Of a DNA stretch of 64,000 nucleotides, positions 1-8,996 are shown one piece after another; the first letter of the stretch is position 1, and every line of letters begins with the position of its first letter. The translations under genes and the position numbers were made by a program. The stretch comes from Thermodesulfobacteriota bacterium (GTDB lineage Bacteria; Desulfobacterota; Desulfobacteria; Desulfobacterales; SURF-7), in NCBI GenBank assembly GCA_049320885.1, contig JBMORA010000009.1, forward strand, positions 224,001 through 288,000, given 5' to 3'. The notes under the pieces are model-generated. The model had not been told where the DNA came from. It did no database searches and was given only the letters and a program-made list of their open reading frames with translations.

Positions 1-66
1 CGAGCTCGTGGTGGATATTCTCGGTAAAGGCTTGTCGAACACGACAATATTAGAAGAGGAGGGGGT

Positions 67-663
67 ATGAAAGCGATCGGCATCAACGCCAGTCCGCGGA
101 AAAACGGCAATACCCAGACCCTGGTGGCGGCGGTTCTCCAGGGTGCTGCGGAAAACCGGGCGGAAACGCGTCTGGTCAATTTGCGGGAACTCGCGATCAA
201 CGGGTGTCTGGGATGTGAGGGCTGTAAGAAGCAGATCGGCAAGTGCGCGCAGAAAGACGATCTCACCCCGTTGCTGCAGGAGCTGGCGGACTATGACGCC
301 ATCGTTCTGGGAACGCCGGTTTACTGGTTTCATGTCAGCGCCCAATTTAAAATGCTGGTGGATCGGCTCTACTGTTTTTTGGATTTTGGCAGAGATCCGC
401 AGACGGGTGAAGACTATTACCGCTTCGTGTTTCCCGCGGGCAAGAAATTCGTTATCATCGTTTCCCGCGGCGATGCAGAGCCGCCGGGAATGTTTCCCCA
501 GTTTTACCGGCAGCTCGACGAATGGCTCAACGTGATTCCGCTTTCCTTGAACGCCGGACAAGTTGAATTGCTTCATCAGTATGGCGCGAACGTTGACCGA
601 AACGCGGCGAGAAGCGATTCCGCTCTTATGGAAAAGGCCCTGTCGCTCGGGCGCAGGCTGTAA
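67..663 (+). CDS. Iron-sulfur flavoprotein / NADPH-dependent FMN reductase (flavodoxin family)
   Basis: N-terminal ASPRKNGNT; CLGCEGC-X6-C cluster motif; GTPVYW; strong SD (GAGGAGG) upstream. Confidence 0.85.
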   Translation: MKAIGINASPRKNGNTQTLVAAVLQGAAENRAETRLVNLRELAINGCLGCEGCKKQIGKCAQKDDLTPLLQELADYDAIVLGTPVYWFHVSAQFKMLVDRLYCFLDFGRDPQTGEDYYRFVFPAGKKFVIIVSRGDAEPPGMFPQFYRQLDEWLNVIPLSLNAGQVELLHQYGANVDRNAARSDSALMEKALSLGRRL

Positions 664-826
664 ATGGCCATGGCGTTGGGCAAAATGCGGGTAGGTGGCG
701 GATTAAGCACCCTGGCACGAAAACTCAACACTCGTCAAATACTGCTGTGACATGGTATAAGATCCATGGGCAACCAATGAAAGCCCTGTCGATGTCCGCT
801 TTTCTCAATCATTGAGGTGCAGCGCC

Positions 827-1963
827 ATGACCTATTGTCTGATGGATGGAAACGAGGCCGTGGCCCGGGCCGCCATGGCGTCGGGTTGCCGGTTTTTTGC
901 AGGGTATCCCATCACGCCGGCCACGGGAATTCTGAACAGCATGCTGGCCCTGCTGCCGCCGGCAGGCGGCGTTTGCCTGCAGGGAGAGGATGAAATCGCC
1001 TCCATCGGCTACTGCCTGGGAGCCTCCATGGCCGGGATGAAGGTCATGACCGCCACCTCGGGACCCGGCATCAGTTTGTACAGCGAACAGATTTCATTCG
1101 CCATCGGCAGCGAGATTCCCATTGTCATCGTCGATGTGCAGCGCCTGGGGCCTTCCACCGGCTCCGCCACCCGCGGAGCCGACGGCGATATTCAGTTTCT
1201 GCGCTGGGGCAACAGCGGCGGTATGCCGGTGATCGTGCTGGCTCCGGTGGATGTCCAGGATTGCTATGAACTGACGGTTCAGGCCTTCAATCTGGCGGAA
1301 ATCCATCGCTGCCCGGTGTTCATCGCCTCCAACAAGGAAGTGGCCATGACCCGGGAAAGCCTCGATACGGATATTCTAAAAATCCCGGAGATTGTCCGGC
1401 GTCGGGCGCCCAAGGGGGAGAAACCTTATCTGCCCTTTACCGTGGAAACAGGCCGGTATGTCCCGGACTTCCGGCCCATGGGCGGCAATGTCATTGTCCG
1501 GCAGACTTCGTCCACTCACGGACCGGACGGGCACATCACAGCGGATCCGGCCGAAATCGCCGCCAACCGGAAGCGCCTGATGGAAAAACTGGCAGATGCA
1601 CCCGATTTCTTCTCGTTCGAGCAACAGCCGGACCGTCCGGAAACCGATCCGGTGGTGATCACCTACGGCGTCACGGCCAGGGCTGCCCGGGCGGCTGCGA
1701 AGGAATTGCGGGAAGAAGGCATCCATGTGGCGTTGTTGATTCTGAAAAGCCTTTGGCCGGTGCCTGGAACAACGATTGTGCGATATACCAGGAATGCGGC
1801 CGCAATTGCCGTTATCGAGATGAACCTCGGCCAGTATGTCCACGAGATCAAACGTCTGGTCCCCGACAGGCCGGTGCGGTTCTTCGGAAGAATGGACGGG
1901 GCACTGATCACCCCGCAGCAAATCAAGGAGGTCATCCGCCATGCCGGACAGTCTGCTGAATAA
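827..1963 (+). CDS. 2-oxoacid:ferredoxin oxidoreductase alpha subunit
   Basis: DGNEAVA, FFAGYPITP, EDEIAS, TATSGPG, QRLGPSTG motifs; ATG at 827 follows GAGGT SD. Confidence 0.9.
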   Translation: MTYCLMDGNEAVARAAMASGCRFFAGYPITPATGILNSMLALLPPAGGVCLQGEDEIASIGYCLGASMAGMKVMTATSGPGISLYSEQISFAIGSEIPIVIVDVQRLGPSTGSATRGADGDIQFLRWGNSGGMPVIVLAPVDVQDCYELTVQAFNLAEIHRCPVFIASNKEVAMTRESLDTDILKIPEIVRRRAPKGEKPYLPFTVETGRYVPDFRPMGGNVIVRQTSSTHGPDGHITADPAEIAANRKRLMEKLADAPDFFSFEQQPDRPETDPVVITYGVTARAARAAAKELREEGIHVALLILKSLWPVPGTTIVRYTRNAAAIAVIEMNLGQYVHEIKRLVPDRPVRFFGRMDGALITPQQIKEVIRHAGQSAE

Positions 1964-3239
1964 AAGTCGGCCGCCGGTTTTCTGCCCTGGATGCAGCCAT
2001 GAGAAGGTCGTCTACGCCTTGAATACGGCTTTCATGAACATGGGGCTGTCCGGCGAACGAATCGCCATCGTCAGCGATATCGGCTGTTCCGGCCTGTTCG
2101 ACACGTTTTTCAACACCCATGCCTTTCACGGGCTCCACGGTCGGGCCCTGACCTATGCCGCGGGCCTGAAGCTGGCCTGCCCGGAACTGACGGTGGTGGT
2201 GACCATGGGCGACGGAGGCCTGGGTATCGGCGGGGCCCATCTGCTGGCCGCCTGCCGCCGCAACCTGGATATCACCCTGCTGGTGCTGAACAACCTGAAT
2301 TACGGCATGACCGGCGGGCAATGCTCGCCGACGACGCCCCAGGACGCCCAGGTGGACTCCGGCTTTTTGAACCGATTGGAAACGCCCCTGGCGGTGACGG
2401 AACTGGCCTTCTGCGCCGGCGCCGGCTATGTCGCCGACTGTTCGAGTTATCAGAAAAATCTTCCGGAAGAGCTGGAACGGGCCATCCGCTTTGAAGGCTT
2501 TGCGGTGATGGATATCCGCGGGATCTGCCCGGGACGCTATACCCGCAACAACAAACGTTCCCCCCGCTCCATCGACCAGGAAATTGCCTGCCTGCCCAAA
2601 CAGCCCCCAATCCGCGCCAGGGCGGGAAGAAAAGAATACGGACGTCATTACCGGGAGCTCAGCGCAGCGCAGAAACCGGCCGCCCCGCCCATCGGGGTGG
2701 CGATCCGGCATCGCCCGCCTTCGACCATCCGGCAGGAAATCATCATCCTCGGCGATGCCGGCCAGCGGGTGCTAACGGCGGGTGAGATTCTCTGCCTGGC
2801 CGGCATGAGCGCCGGCCTCCGTGTAACCCAGAAAAACGATTACCACATTACGGTGCTGCGGGGGCCGTCCATCAGTGAGATCGTTCTGTCACCCGATGAT
2901 ATCGACTATACAGGGATTGTCCGGCCCGGGGTCGTTATCGCCATCGGCCAGGAAGGGGTGAATGCGCGCCGCAACCTGTTCGCCGGTCTGGATGCCGAGA
3001 GCCTTGTCGTGAAAGCACCGGGCATCCAGCTGCCGCCGCATCCGGGAACGGACATTCCAGCGGATTTTTCCAAACACGGCGTCAAACGCGAGGACTGGGC
3101 GCTCGCTTCACTGTGGGTCATGGCCCGGCTTGAAAAGGCAATTCATGCGGAAATGCTGCGCTCGGCGCTTTCGACACGTTTCCACGGCGAGGCTTTGGAA
3201 TCGGCGCTCGCATTGGGTGGACCGGATTTTTGGGCATAG
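1941..3239 (+). CDS. 2-oxoacid:ferredoxin oxidoreductase beta subunit fused to a C-terminal gamma-like domain
   Basis: FCPGC, DIGC, HGRA, ThDP motif GDG...NN..YGMTGGQCSPT; C-terminal half has EIIILGDAGQ...GEIL and SEIVLS gamma-type segments; overlaps alpha gene. Confidence 0.85.
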   Translation: MPDSLLNKSRPPVFCPGCSHEKVVYALNTAFMNMGLSGERIAIVSDIGCSGLFDTFFNTHAFHGLHGRALTYAAGLKLACPELTVVVTMGDGGLGIGGAHLLAACRRNLDITLLVLNNLNYGMTGGQCSPTTPQDAQVDSGFLNRLETPLAVTELAFCAGAGYVADCSSYQKNLPEELERAIRFEGFAVMDIRGICPGRYTRNNKRSPRSIDQEIACLPKQPPIRARAGRKEYGRHYRELSAAQKPAAPPIGVAIRHRPPSTIRQEIIILGDAGQRVLTAGEILCLAGMSAGLRVTQKNDYHITVLRGPSISEIVLSPDDIDYTGIVRPGVVIAIGQEGVNARRNLFAGLDAESLVVKAPGIQLPPHPGTDIPADFSKHGVKREDWALASLWVMARLEKAIHAEMLRSALSTRFHGEALESALALGGPDFWA

Positions 3240-3254
3240 ACCCGCAATTCCCGC

Positions 3255-4034
3255 TCAGGTGGTCAATGCCTGGATCCGCATCATGAAGTCGCCGATATCC
3301 CGGCCGTATTCCGGCGATCCCTCCACCGATAGATAGCCTTTGCGCACGGCCTCCACCATATTGACATCGTTCAGAATAATGGGCAGGGCGCCCTTGATCC
3401 CGTTGAATTTCATGTGCACGAACGGATGGCGCCGGGAATAGAAACCCCGTCCGGATTTTGATTTCCCTGCCTTTACGCGCAAATAGGCGGCGATATCCGG
3501 CTCGCCGTCCACGGACATCTGGTAAATCCGTTCGGGTTGCTTGGCGGTCCATTTGGCCATTTCCGGGTCGCCGCCCTTGTTATACTGGCTGAGGGCCGTG
3601 GTGATCATGTAAACGGTCAGCTTGACTTTCATGCGCTGCTTGAAGGGATCCTTGGGCCGCGCGTTGGGCATGAGGACCTTCAGGTAGAGGAGCAGGGCGA
3701 AGACCTTGATCAACAGACCGATTTTCCAAAGCCCCTTGATGACCGGGATCACCGGTTTGCCGGCCAACATGGCGTTCAGTTTGGCGACGCTGCCGAAGGC
3801 GAAGGTGATGTCCGGTTTGGGGCTTACTCCCTGGACGATTTCCAGTTCGCCGTTCTGAAACCGCAGAAAAGCGCCGACATCGCCGGCCGGGTCTTTGGCA
3901 ATGAACTGGACGTCGGCCGTAACCCCTTCAAATTTCCGTTTCATGGCCGGATCGTCGGACAGGACCACCTTCATCACCGGAAACAGGGCCCGCAGAAAGA
4001 TCCGGGCGCTCATCAACTCAGTCGGAGTAGCCAT
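3255..4034 (-). CDS. Hypothetical protein with two SCP2-like (sterol carrier/lipid-binding) repeats
   Basis: Start MATPTELM at 4034, abutting the upstream stop; two repeats of helix-DP-strand-strand-G..PD/H.I.F; C-terminal VEAVRKGYLSVEGS resembles the SCP2 'A...G.l.v.Gd' motif. Confidence 0.6.
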   Translation of the reverse strand: MATPTELMSARIFLRALFPVMKVVLSDDPAMKRKFEGVTADVQFIAKDPAGDVGAFLRFQNGELEIVQGVSPKPDITFAFGSVAKLNAMLAGKPVIPVIKGLWKIGLLIKVFALLLYLKVLMPNARPKDPFKQRMKVKLTVYMITTALSQYNKGGDPEMAKWTAKQPERIYQMSVDGEPDIAAYLRVKAGKSKSGRGFYSRRHPFVHMKFNGIKGALPIILNDVNMVEAVRKGYLSVEGSPEYGRDIGDFMMRIQALTT

Positions 4035-4035
4035 A

Positions 4036-5046
4036 TCACACCTCATCTTCCCAGTCGTCGTCTTCTTCAAAGTCCTTGCCCATGACTTCCCGCACCTTCT
4101 TGATGATGCCGTCGGTATCGAATTGATAATGGCTGTACAGATCCTCGGGATAGCCGACGATGCAGAAGCAATCGGGGATGCCCACCTTTTCGAAGGCGCA
4201 GCCTTTTCCAGAGGCGGCGATGATGTCGGCCACGGCGCTGCCGAGTCCGCCCTGGATGTTGTGATCCTCGAAGGTGATGATCCGCCGGGTTTCCCGGATG
4301 GCTTCCTGAATCGCCTGCTCGTCAATGGGTTTGATGGTGTGCATGTTGAGCACCCGGACGCTCAGGCCGTCATTCTGTTTCAGAAATTTGGCGGCTTCGA
4401 GCGCCTGCAGGACGGTGACCCCGCAGCAGATCAGGGTGATATCCGTGCCCGGATGCATCAGCACGGCCTTGCCGATCTGGAAACCATAGTCATCGGTTTC
4501 ATAGCAGCGCGGTTCGAATCCCCGTCCGATGCGGATATATACCGGGCCCGGGTAATCGACGCAGGCCTTGACCGCATTGGCGGTTTCCACCCCGTCGGCC
4601 GGCGCGATCACGGTCATGTTGGCCAAAGCCCGCATGACAGCCAGATCCTCGGTGCAGTGGTGGGTGGTTCCGGCGGCGCCGAAGGAAGTGCCGGCATGGG
4701 TGGCGATGATTTTTACATTCAGGTTTTGATAGCAGATGTCGGTACGCACCTGCTCGGCGGCTCGCAGGGTGGTGAACACCGCCATGGTGGAAACGAAGGG
4801 CAACAGGCCGGATTTGGCCAGCCCGGCGGCCATGCCGAAGAGATTCTGTTCGGCGATGCCGACATTGAAAAAGCGTTCCGGAAATTTGTCCGCAAATTTT
4901 CCGATTTTGGTGGATTTGGCCAGATCCGCGGACAGCCCCACGATTTTGGGATACTTCTCTCCCAGCACACAAAGAACCTCGCCATAGATGTCCGCCTGGG
5001 TCATGGTGTTGGCGTCATATACATTCCAGGTTAAACCTTCGGTCAT
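4036..5046 (-). CDS. Transketolase C-terminal subunit (split transketolase)
   Basis: LSADLAKST, FFNVGIAEQN, RAAEQVR, GTTHH..ED, GPVYIR, TIKPID, EDHNIQGGLGS. Confidence 0.92.
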   Translation of the reverse strand: MTEGLTWNVYDANTMTQADIYGEVLCVLGEKYPKIVGLSADLAKSTKIGKFADKFPERFFNVGIAEQNLFGMAAGLAKSGLLPFVSTMAVFTTLRAAEQVRTDICYQNLNVKIIATHAGTSFGAAGTTHHCTEDLAVMRALANMTVIAPADGVETANAVKACVDYPGPVYIRIGRGFEPRCYETDDYGFQIGKAVLMHPGTDITLICCGVTVLQALEAAKFLKQNDGLSVRVLNMHTIKPIDEQAIQEAIRETRRIITFEDHNIQGGLGSAVADIIAASGKGCAFEKVGIPDCFCIVGYPEDLYSHYQFDTDGIIKKVREVMGKDFEEDDDWEDEV

Positions 5047-5061
5047 ATACCCCCCTTTGTG

Positions 5062-5096
5062 GAATTACGAATTACGAATCGGGAATTACGAATGAT
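5062..5096. repeat. Heptamer tandem repeat GAATTAC x5 (degenerate), intergenic
   Basis: GAATTAC GAATTAC GAATCGG GAATTAC GAATGAT between the two transketolase genes. Confidence 0.8.
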
Positions 5097-5110
5097 GGAT
5101 GGAAGTCGTT

Positions 5111-5947
5111 TCAGCCGTACATGCGGTCCACGGACTGCTTGGCTTTCTCCCGGGTTTCCGTATCCAGGCCGCCGTAATGCCACTTGACTTCGTTTTCCAT
5201 GAACTCGACGCCTTTGCCTTTGACCGTGTGGGCGATGATCACCACCGGCGCGGAAGTTTCCGAAAGGGCGTAGTCGATGGCGCCGCAAAGTTCCCGGTAA
5301 TCGTGACCGTTGACTTCCTGGACGATGAAGCCGAAGGCTTTCCATTTATCGGCGAAGGGTTCCAGGCCCATGATCTGCTCGGTGGTACCGTCGATCATCA
5401 GTTTGTTGCGGTCCACGAAGGTCAGGAGATTGGTCAGTTTATAGTGACGGATGGCCATGGCCGCCTCCCAGTTGGTGCCCTCGTTGCACTCCCCGTCGCC
5501 GAGAATGCAATAGGTCCGCCAGTTTTTTTTCTGCACCCGGGCGCCCAGGGCCAGCCCGGCGGCGATGGGCAGACCGTGGCCCAGGGAGCCGGTGGAAACG
5601 TCGACTCCCTTGACCTTCAGACAATCCAGATGCATGCCGAAGGGGGATTTGAACTTGTTGAATTCCTGCAGCTGGTCGAAGTCGAAATAGCCCTTGCGGG
5701 CCAGAAGCGGTGCGTACCCGACCCCGCCGTGCCCCTTGCTGAGTACCATGCGGTCGCGGTCTTCCCAGGCCGGATTGTCGGGTTTGACGTTCAGATACTT
5801 GTAATAGAGTGTCACCAATATCTCCACCATGCTCATGGCGCCGCCGATATGGGCGCCGCCGGCCCAGTAAGTGATATCGATGATGTCTTTCCGCATCTGG
5901 CGTGCGACGGCCGATAGCCGGGTGATGTCCTGATCGGTGATGGGCAT
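5111..5947 (-). CDS. Transketolase N-terminal (ThDP-binding) subunit
   Basis: HIGGAMS, DRMVLSKGH, STGSLGHGL, GDGE...NWEA...DRN, HTVKGKG; start MPITDQ after GGAGG SD. Confidence 0.92.
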   Translation of the reverse strand: MPITDQDITRLSAVARQMRKDIIDITYWAGGAHIGGAMSMVEILVTLYYKYLNVKPDNPAWEDRDRMVLSKGHGGVGYAPLLARKGYFDFDQLQEFNKFKSPFGMHLDCLKVKGVDVSTGSLGHGLPIAAGLALGARVQKKNWRTYCILGDGECNEGTNWEAAMAIRHYKLTNLLTFVDRNKLMIDGTTEQIMGLEPFADKWKAFGFIVQEVNGHDYRELCGAIDYALSETSAPVVIIAHTVKGKGVEFMENEVKWHYGGLDTETREKAKQSVDRMYG

Positions 5948-6014
5948 ATGTTCCTCCTGTTGAACCGGTTGTTCGTGGGTTCGCGGCGCCGATCCGGAGC
6001 GCCGTGTTTTTCGG

Positions 6015-7259
6015 TTAATGGCCGTATTTTTTTTCAATCGCCTGAAAGGCTTCAGCCGCGATGGACAAGGTTTGCTCGATATCCGCGTCCGTATGGGCCG
6101 TGGACACGAACCAGTTGTGATGCGGGGTGAAATAGGCCCCGCGCTTGGTGCATTCCGCGCACCATTCCTGATGCAACATCAGGCTTTCGTCATCGGTGAT
6201 CCGCAGATACGGCATGGCCGGCGCGCCTGTTATTTTCAGGTTGTAGCCGTGCGCGGCGGCGGCGGCCACCAGACCGCTGCACAGCTTTTTGCCGATGTCG
6301 CGCATTTTTTCCGGGCCGTTGACGGACTGGAGTTCCTTCAGTGTCGCCAGGGCCGCGGCCATGGGCTGGGACTGGAACCAGTAACTGCCGGTGTAAAAAA
6401 CCCGGGCGGCGATACCCTTCAGCGACTCCCTGCCCATGAGGGCCGACAGGGGATAGCCGTTGGCGATGGCCTTGCAGAAACAGACCAGGTCGGGCTGAAA
6501 GCCGAAATAATGGTGGGAGCCTTGCATGTCCATCCGGAAACCGTGGCGGATGTCGTCGCTGATGAGAAGGATGCCGTTTTGACGGCATACGGTTTCCATC
6601 CGCGGCCAATACCCATCCACCGGCAGGGCGTTGTCCGCAAAGGCGGGCACGTGGTAGGGTGTGGCGATGAAGGCGGCGATTTCCCCGGGATGCTCCTGGA
6701 TGGCGCGTTCAAATGCCGCGGTGTCGTTCCAGGGAATCCGGATGATATTGGTCCAGTCTTCGTCAATCAGGCCGTGGTGGCCGGGGGCCTGCATCCAGGG
6801 GGCTACCCCGTGATAGCCGCCGTCGATCATGACGATTTTTTTTCGGGCGGTTGCGTCCCTGGCCACCATGATGGCGTAATTGGTCACGTCGCCGCCGTTT
6901 TTGGCGAAAAAAGCCCAGTCCATGCCACTCACCAGGTTGACCAGATGCTCGGCCAGCTCCACCATGACCGGAGAGGCGCCGGTGGTGCAGTTGCCCGCCG
7001 CTACCTGCCCGGCGGCGGCGGCGTCCACCACCGGATGGTTATATCCCAGCACCATGGGGCCGTAAGCGCACATGTAATCGATGAATTCGTTGCCGTCCAC
7101 GTCCCAGAAGCGGGCCCCGGAGGCTTTGGCGGTATAGAAAGGGTAATCCGTGGCCGGAATCAAGGGTGCCGGGCTGAAATGACCGTAAATGCCGCCGGGG
7201 ATCACCCTGGCGGCGCGTTTGAACCATTCCTGTGATTTGGGGTATTGATAGGTTTGCAT
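6015..7259 (-). CDS. Class III PLP aminotransferase (glutamate-1-semialdehyde aminomutase-like)
   Basis: VIPGG, WDVDGNEFIDY..AYGP..LGY, GGYHG, DDIRHGFR, PLP lysine in FCKAIANGYP; start may be 7259 or 7289. Confidence 0.88.
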   Translation of the reverse strand: MQTYQYPKSQEWFKRAARVIPGGIYGHFSPAPLIPATDYPFYTAKASGARFWDVDGNEFIDYMCAYGPMVLGYNHPVVDAAAAGQVAAGNCTTGASPVMVELAEHLVNLVSGMDWAFFAKNGGDVTNYAIMVARDATARKKIVMIDGGYHGVAPWMQAPGHHGLIDEDWTNIIRIPWNDTAAFERAIQEHPGEIAAFIATPYHVPAFADNALPVDGYWPRMETVCRQNGILLISDDIRHGFRMDMQGSHHYFGFQPDLVCFCKAIANGYPLSALMGRESLKGIAARVFYTGSYWFQSQPMAAALATLKELQSVNGPEKMRDIGKKLCSGLVAAAAAHGYNLKITGAPAMPYLRITDDESLMLHQEWCAECTKRGAYFTPHHNWFVSTAHTDADIEQTLSIAAEAFQAIEKKYGH

Positions 7260-7324
7260 ATCCAGGGTCCTTCCGGGAAAAATTTCCATGTCACTCGCTT
7301 GAAAGCCGAAATGGGCCTCCGATG

Positions 7325-8086
7325 TCAGGACAAATACAGGGGGATCCGGTCCAGCACCAGACTCATGGCGTCCAGCATGGGGGTCTGGCCTTTGATTACC
7401 ACATCGCCCGCGGCAATGGCGCTGAACGCATCCATCTTTCCGTTCAAAAAGGCGTTGGCCACCTGTACGTTCCGCATGAACATGCAGGCCATGGGCTTGT
7501 CGACATCCCCGCGTCCCGCCTCGATGGCACCGTTGTTAAAAAACACATGAACCGCCGGCCCTTCCGGCAGGATTTTCATCAAAATTGGGCCGTTGCGCAT
7601 GTGACCCACCGCCAGCCGGGCGATGGGATCCAGCTTCGCCAGCTCTGGCACGGCAAAGACGGCCGTGTTCATGGTCAGGCGGGTATTCATGGTCAGATAG
7701 AATTCATCCGCCAGCAATTTTTCCGTGGGCTTGAGAAAATGTTCCAGCCGGGCCGTGAGCGTGGCGAAATCTTTAGCGAGAAACGGCAGCTTGGTGAAGC
7801 CCTTCAGCGGAATGGGGTTCCCCTTGCCCGCCATCATGCGGTTCAGATGGGCCGGGGAGAGGAAGAACAGTTTTACCGTTGGAGCGGGAATGATTCCACG
7901 ACCCACGCGGCAGCCGCCGTTTTCAAAGACAATGTGCGCCTGCGGTCCGTTCCAGACGCTGAACTGGATGGATATGCGCCAACTGGCCGTAAAGGCTTTC
8001 ATTTCCGGATCCCAGGCAACCACATCCTCGAGGTTCTGCAGGACCGCGTATAAATTCAGGTTGGATTTGATCAATTCGGCCGTCAT
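7325..8086 (-). CDS. Hypothetical protein with two SCP2-like repeats
   Basis: Internal duplication (DP...GP.AH.vFeNG...GRG....P); C-terminal FLNGKMDAFSAIAAGDVVIKG is an SCP2 signature. Confidence 0.65.
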   Translation of the reverse strand: MTAELIKSNLNLYAVLQNLEDVVAWDPEMKAFTASWRISIQFSVWNGPQAHIVFENGGCRVGRGIIPAPTVKLFFLSPAHLNRMMAGKGNPIPLKGFTKLPFLAKDFATLTARLEHFLKPTEKLLADEFYLTMNTRLTMNTAVFAVPELAKLDPIARLAVGHMRNGPILMKILPEGPAVHVFFNNGAIEAGRGDVDKPMACMFMRNVQVANAFLNGKMDAFSAIAAGDVVIKGQTPMLDAMSLVLDRIPLYLS

Positions 8087-8100
8087 GTGAAAATGCCCCC

Positions 8101-8129
8101 TTGCAAAGCGGTTTCGCCCGGAGTATAGT
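8101..8129 (+). promoter_or_regulatory. Sigma70-like promoter for tetR-ald
   Basis: TTGCAA (8101-8106), 17 nt, TATAGT (8124-8129). Confidence 0.55.
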
Positions 8130-8138
8130 AGGCATGTG

Positions 8139-8156
8139 AGTGAGTGCTTGCTCACT
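8139..8156. promoter_or_regulatory. Putative TetR operator AGTGAG-N6-CTCACT
   Basis: Inverted repeat in the divergent intergenic region next to a TetR gene, overlapping both predicted transcription starts. Confidence 0.65.
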
Positions 8157-8184
8157 ATTACCCAGGCCGGGGTGAAAAAGTCAA
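8155..8184 (-). promoter_or_regulatory. Sigma70-like promoter for the SCP2/aminotransferase/transketolase operon
   Basis: Minus strand TTGACT (8184-8179), 18 nt, TAATAG (8160-8155). Confidence 0.45.
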
Positions 8185-8242
8185 GGGAAAAGATCCCCAA
8201 CCCGTTTCACCCCTGTATTTCGGTTACGTTGCGGATCTCAGG

Positions 8243-8947
8243 ATGAAAGATATGACCCGGGAAAAAACCCAGTTCCAGAACGGCGGCTACACCGTTAAAA
8301 AGCATTACACGGAAACATTTGAAAAGATCGCTGAGGATAAGCGCGCCACCATTTTGCGGGTCGCGGCCGCCGAATTCGCCGCCAACGGCTTCAGGACCGC
8401 CAATATCAATGTGATTGCCCGCAAGGCGGGCATCAGTATCGGCTCCATGTATAAATATTTTACGTCGAAGGAAAATCTGTTTCTGACGATCATCGATCAC
8501 GGCTACCAGGTGCTGGCCGACGTACTGGCGGAGGTGGATTTGAATGCCGGCGACATCTTCGATAAAATCGAGCGGCTGCTGCGGGCGGCCCAGCAATATT
8601 CCCGAAAATACCCGGAGCTGAACCAGATCTACGTGGATATCGCCTCCGAAGGGTTGTCGCATCTGTCGGTGATGCTTTCGCGAAAGATGGAGTCCATTTC
8701 CGCCGCGTTTTACCGGAGCATGCTTTCCCTGTCCAAGCAGAAGGGGCTGGTGGATGCGGCAGCGGATGATTTCGTCACCGCCTTTTGTCTGGATAACCTG
8801 ATCCTGATGCTGCAATACTCGTATACAACGGATTATTATCGGGAGCGGATGAAAATATTCGCCGGTGAGGATGCCCTGGAAGACGATGAACGGATCATCC
8901 GGGGCATGATGCGGTTCATCCGCGGTGCGCTGGCGCCCCGTTCCTGA
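8243..8947 (+). CDS. TetR/AcrR family transcriptional regulator
   Basis: HTH: ILRVAAAEFAANGFRTANINVIARKAGISIGSMYKYFTSKENLF; start uncertain (8243/8252). Confidence 0.92.
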   Translation: MKDMTREKTQFQNGGYTVKKHYTETFEKIAEDKRATILRVAAAEFAANGFRTANINVIARKAGISIGSMYKYFTSKENLFLTIIDHGYQVLADVLAEVDLNAGDIFDKIERLLRAAQQYSRKYPELNQIYVDIASEGLSHLSVMLSRKMESISAAFYRSMLSLSKQKGLVDAAADDFVTAFCLDNLILMLQYSYTTDYYRERMKIFAGEDALEDDERIIRGMMRFIRGALAPRS

Positions 8948-8996
8948 CTGGGCAGCGTCGTTCCCCATCGTAACGTCAATATAAGGAGGACTTGTC

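Noticed and set aside
713..728. Sigma54 promoter (TGGCACG) upstream of the oxidoreductase
   Set aside because: The -24 element matches but the -12 reads CTCA rather than TTGC.
6015..7259. Calling the aminotransferase hemL
   Set aside because: It lacks the HemL GVNSPVRA and NSGTEA motifs (has GIYGHFSP and KNGGDV), and there is no tetrapyrrole gene context.
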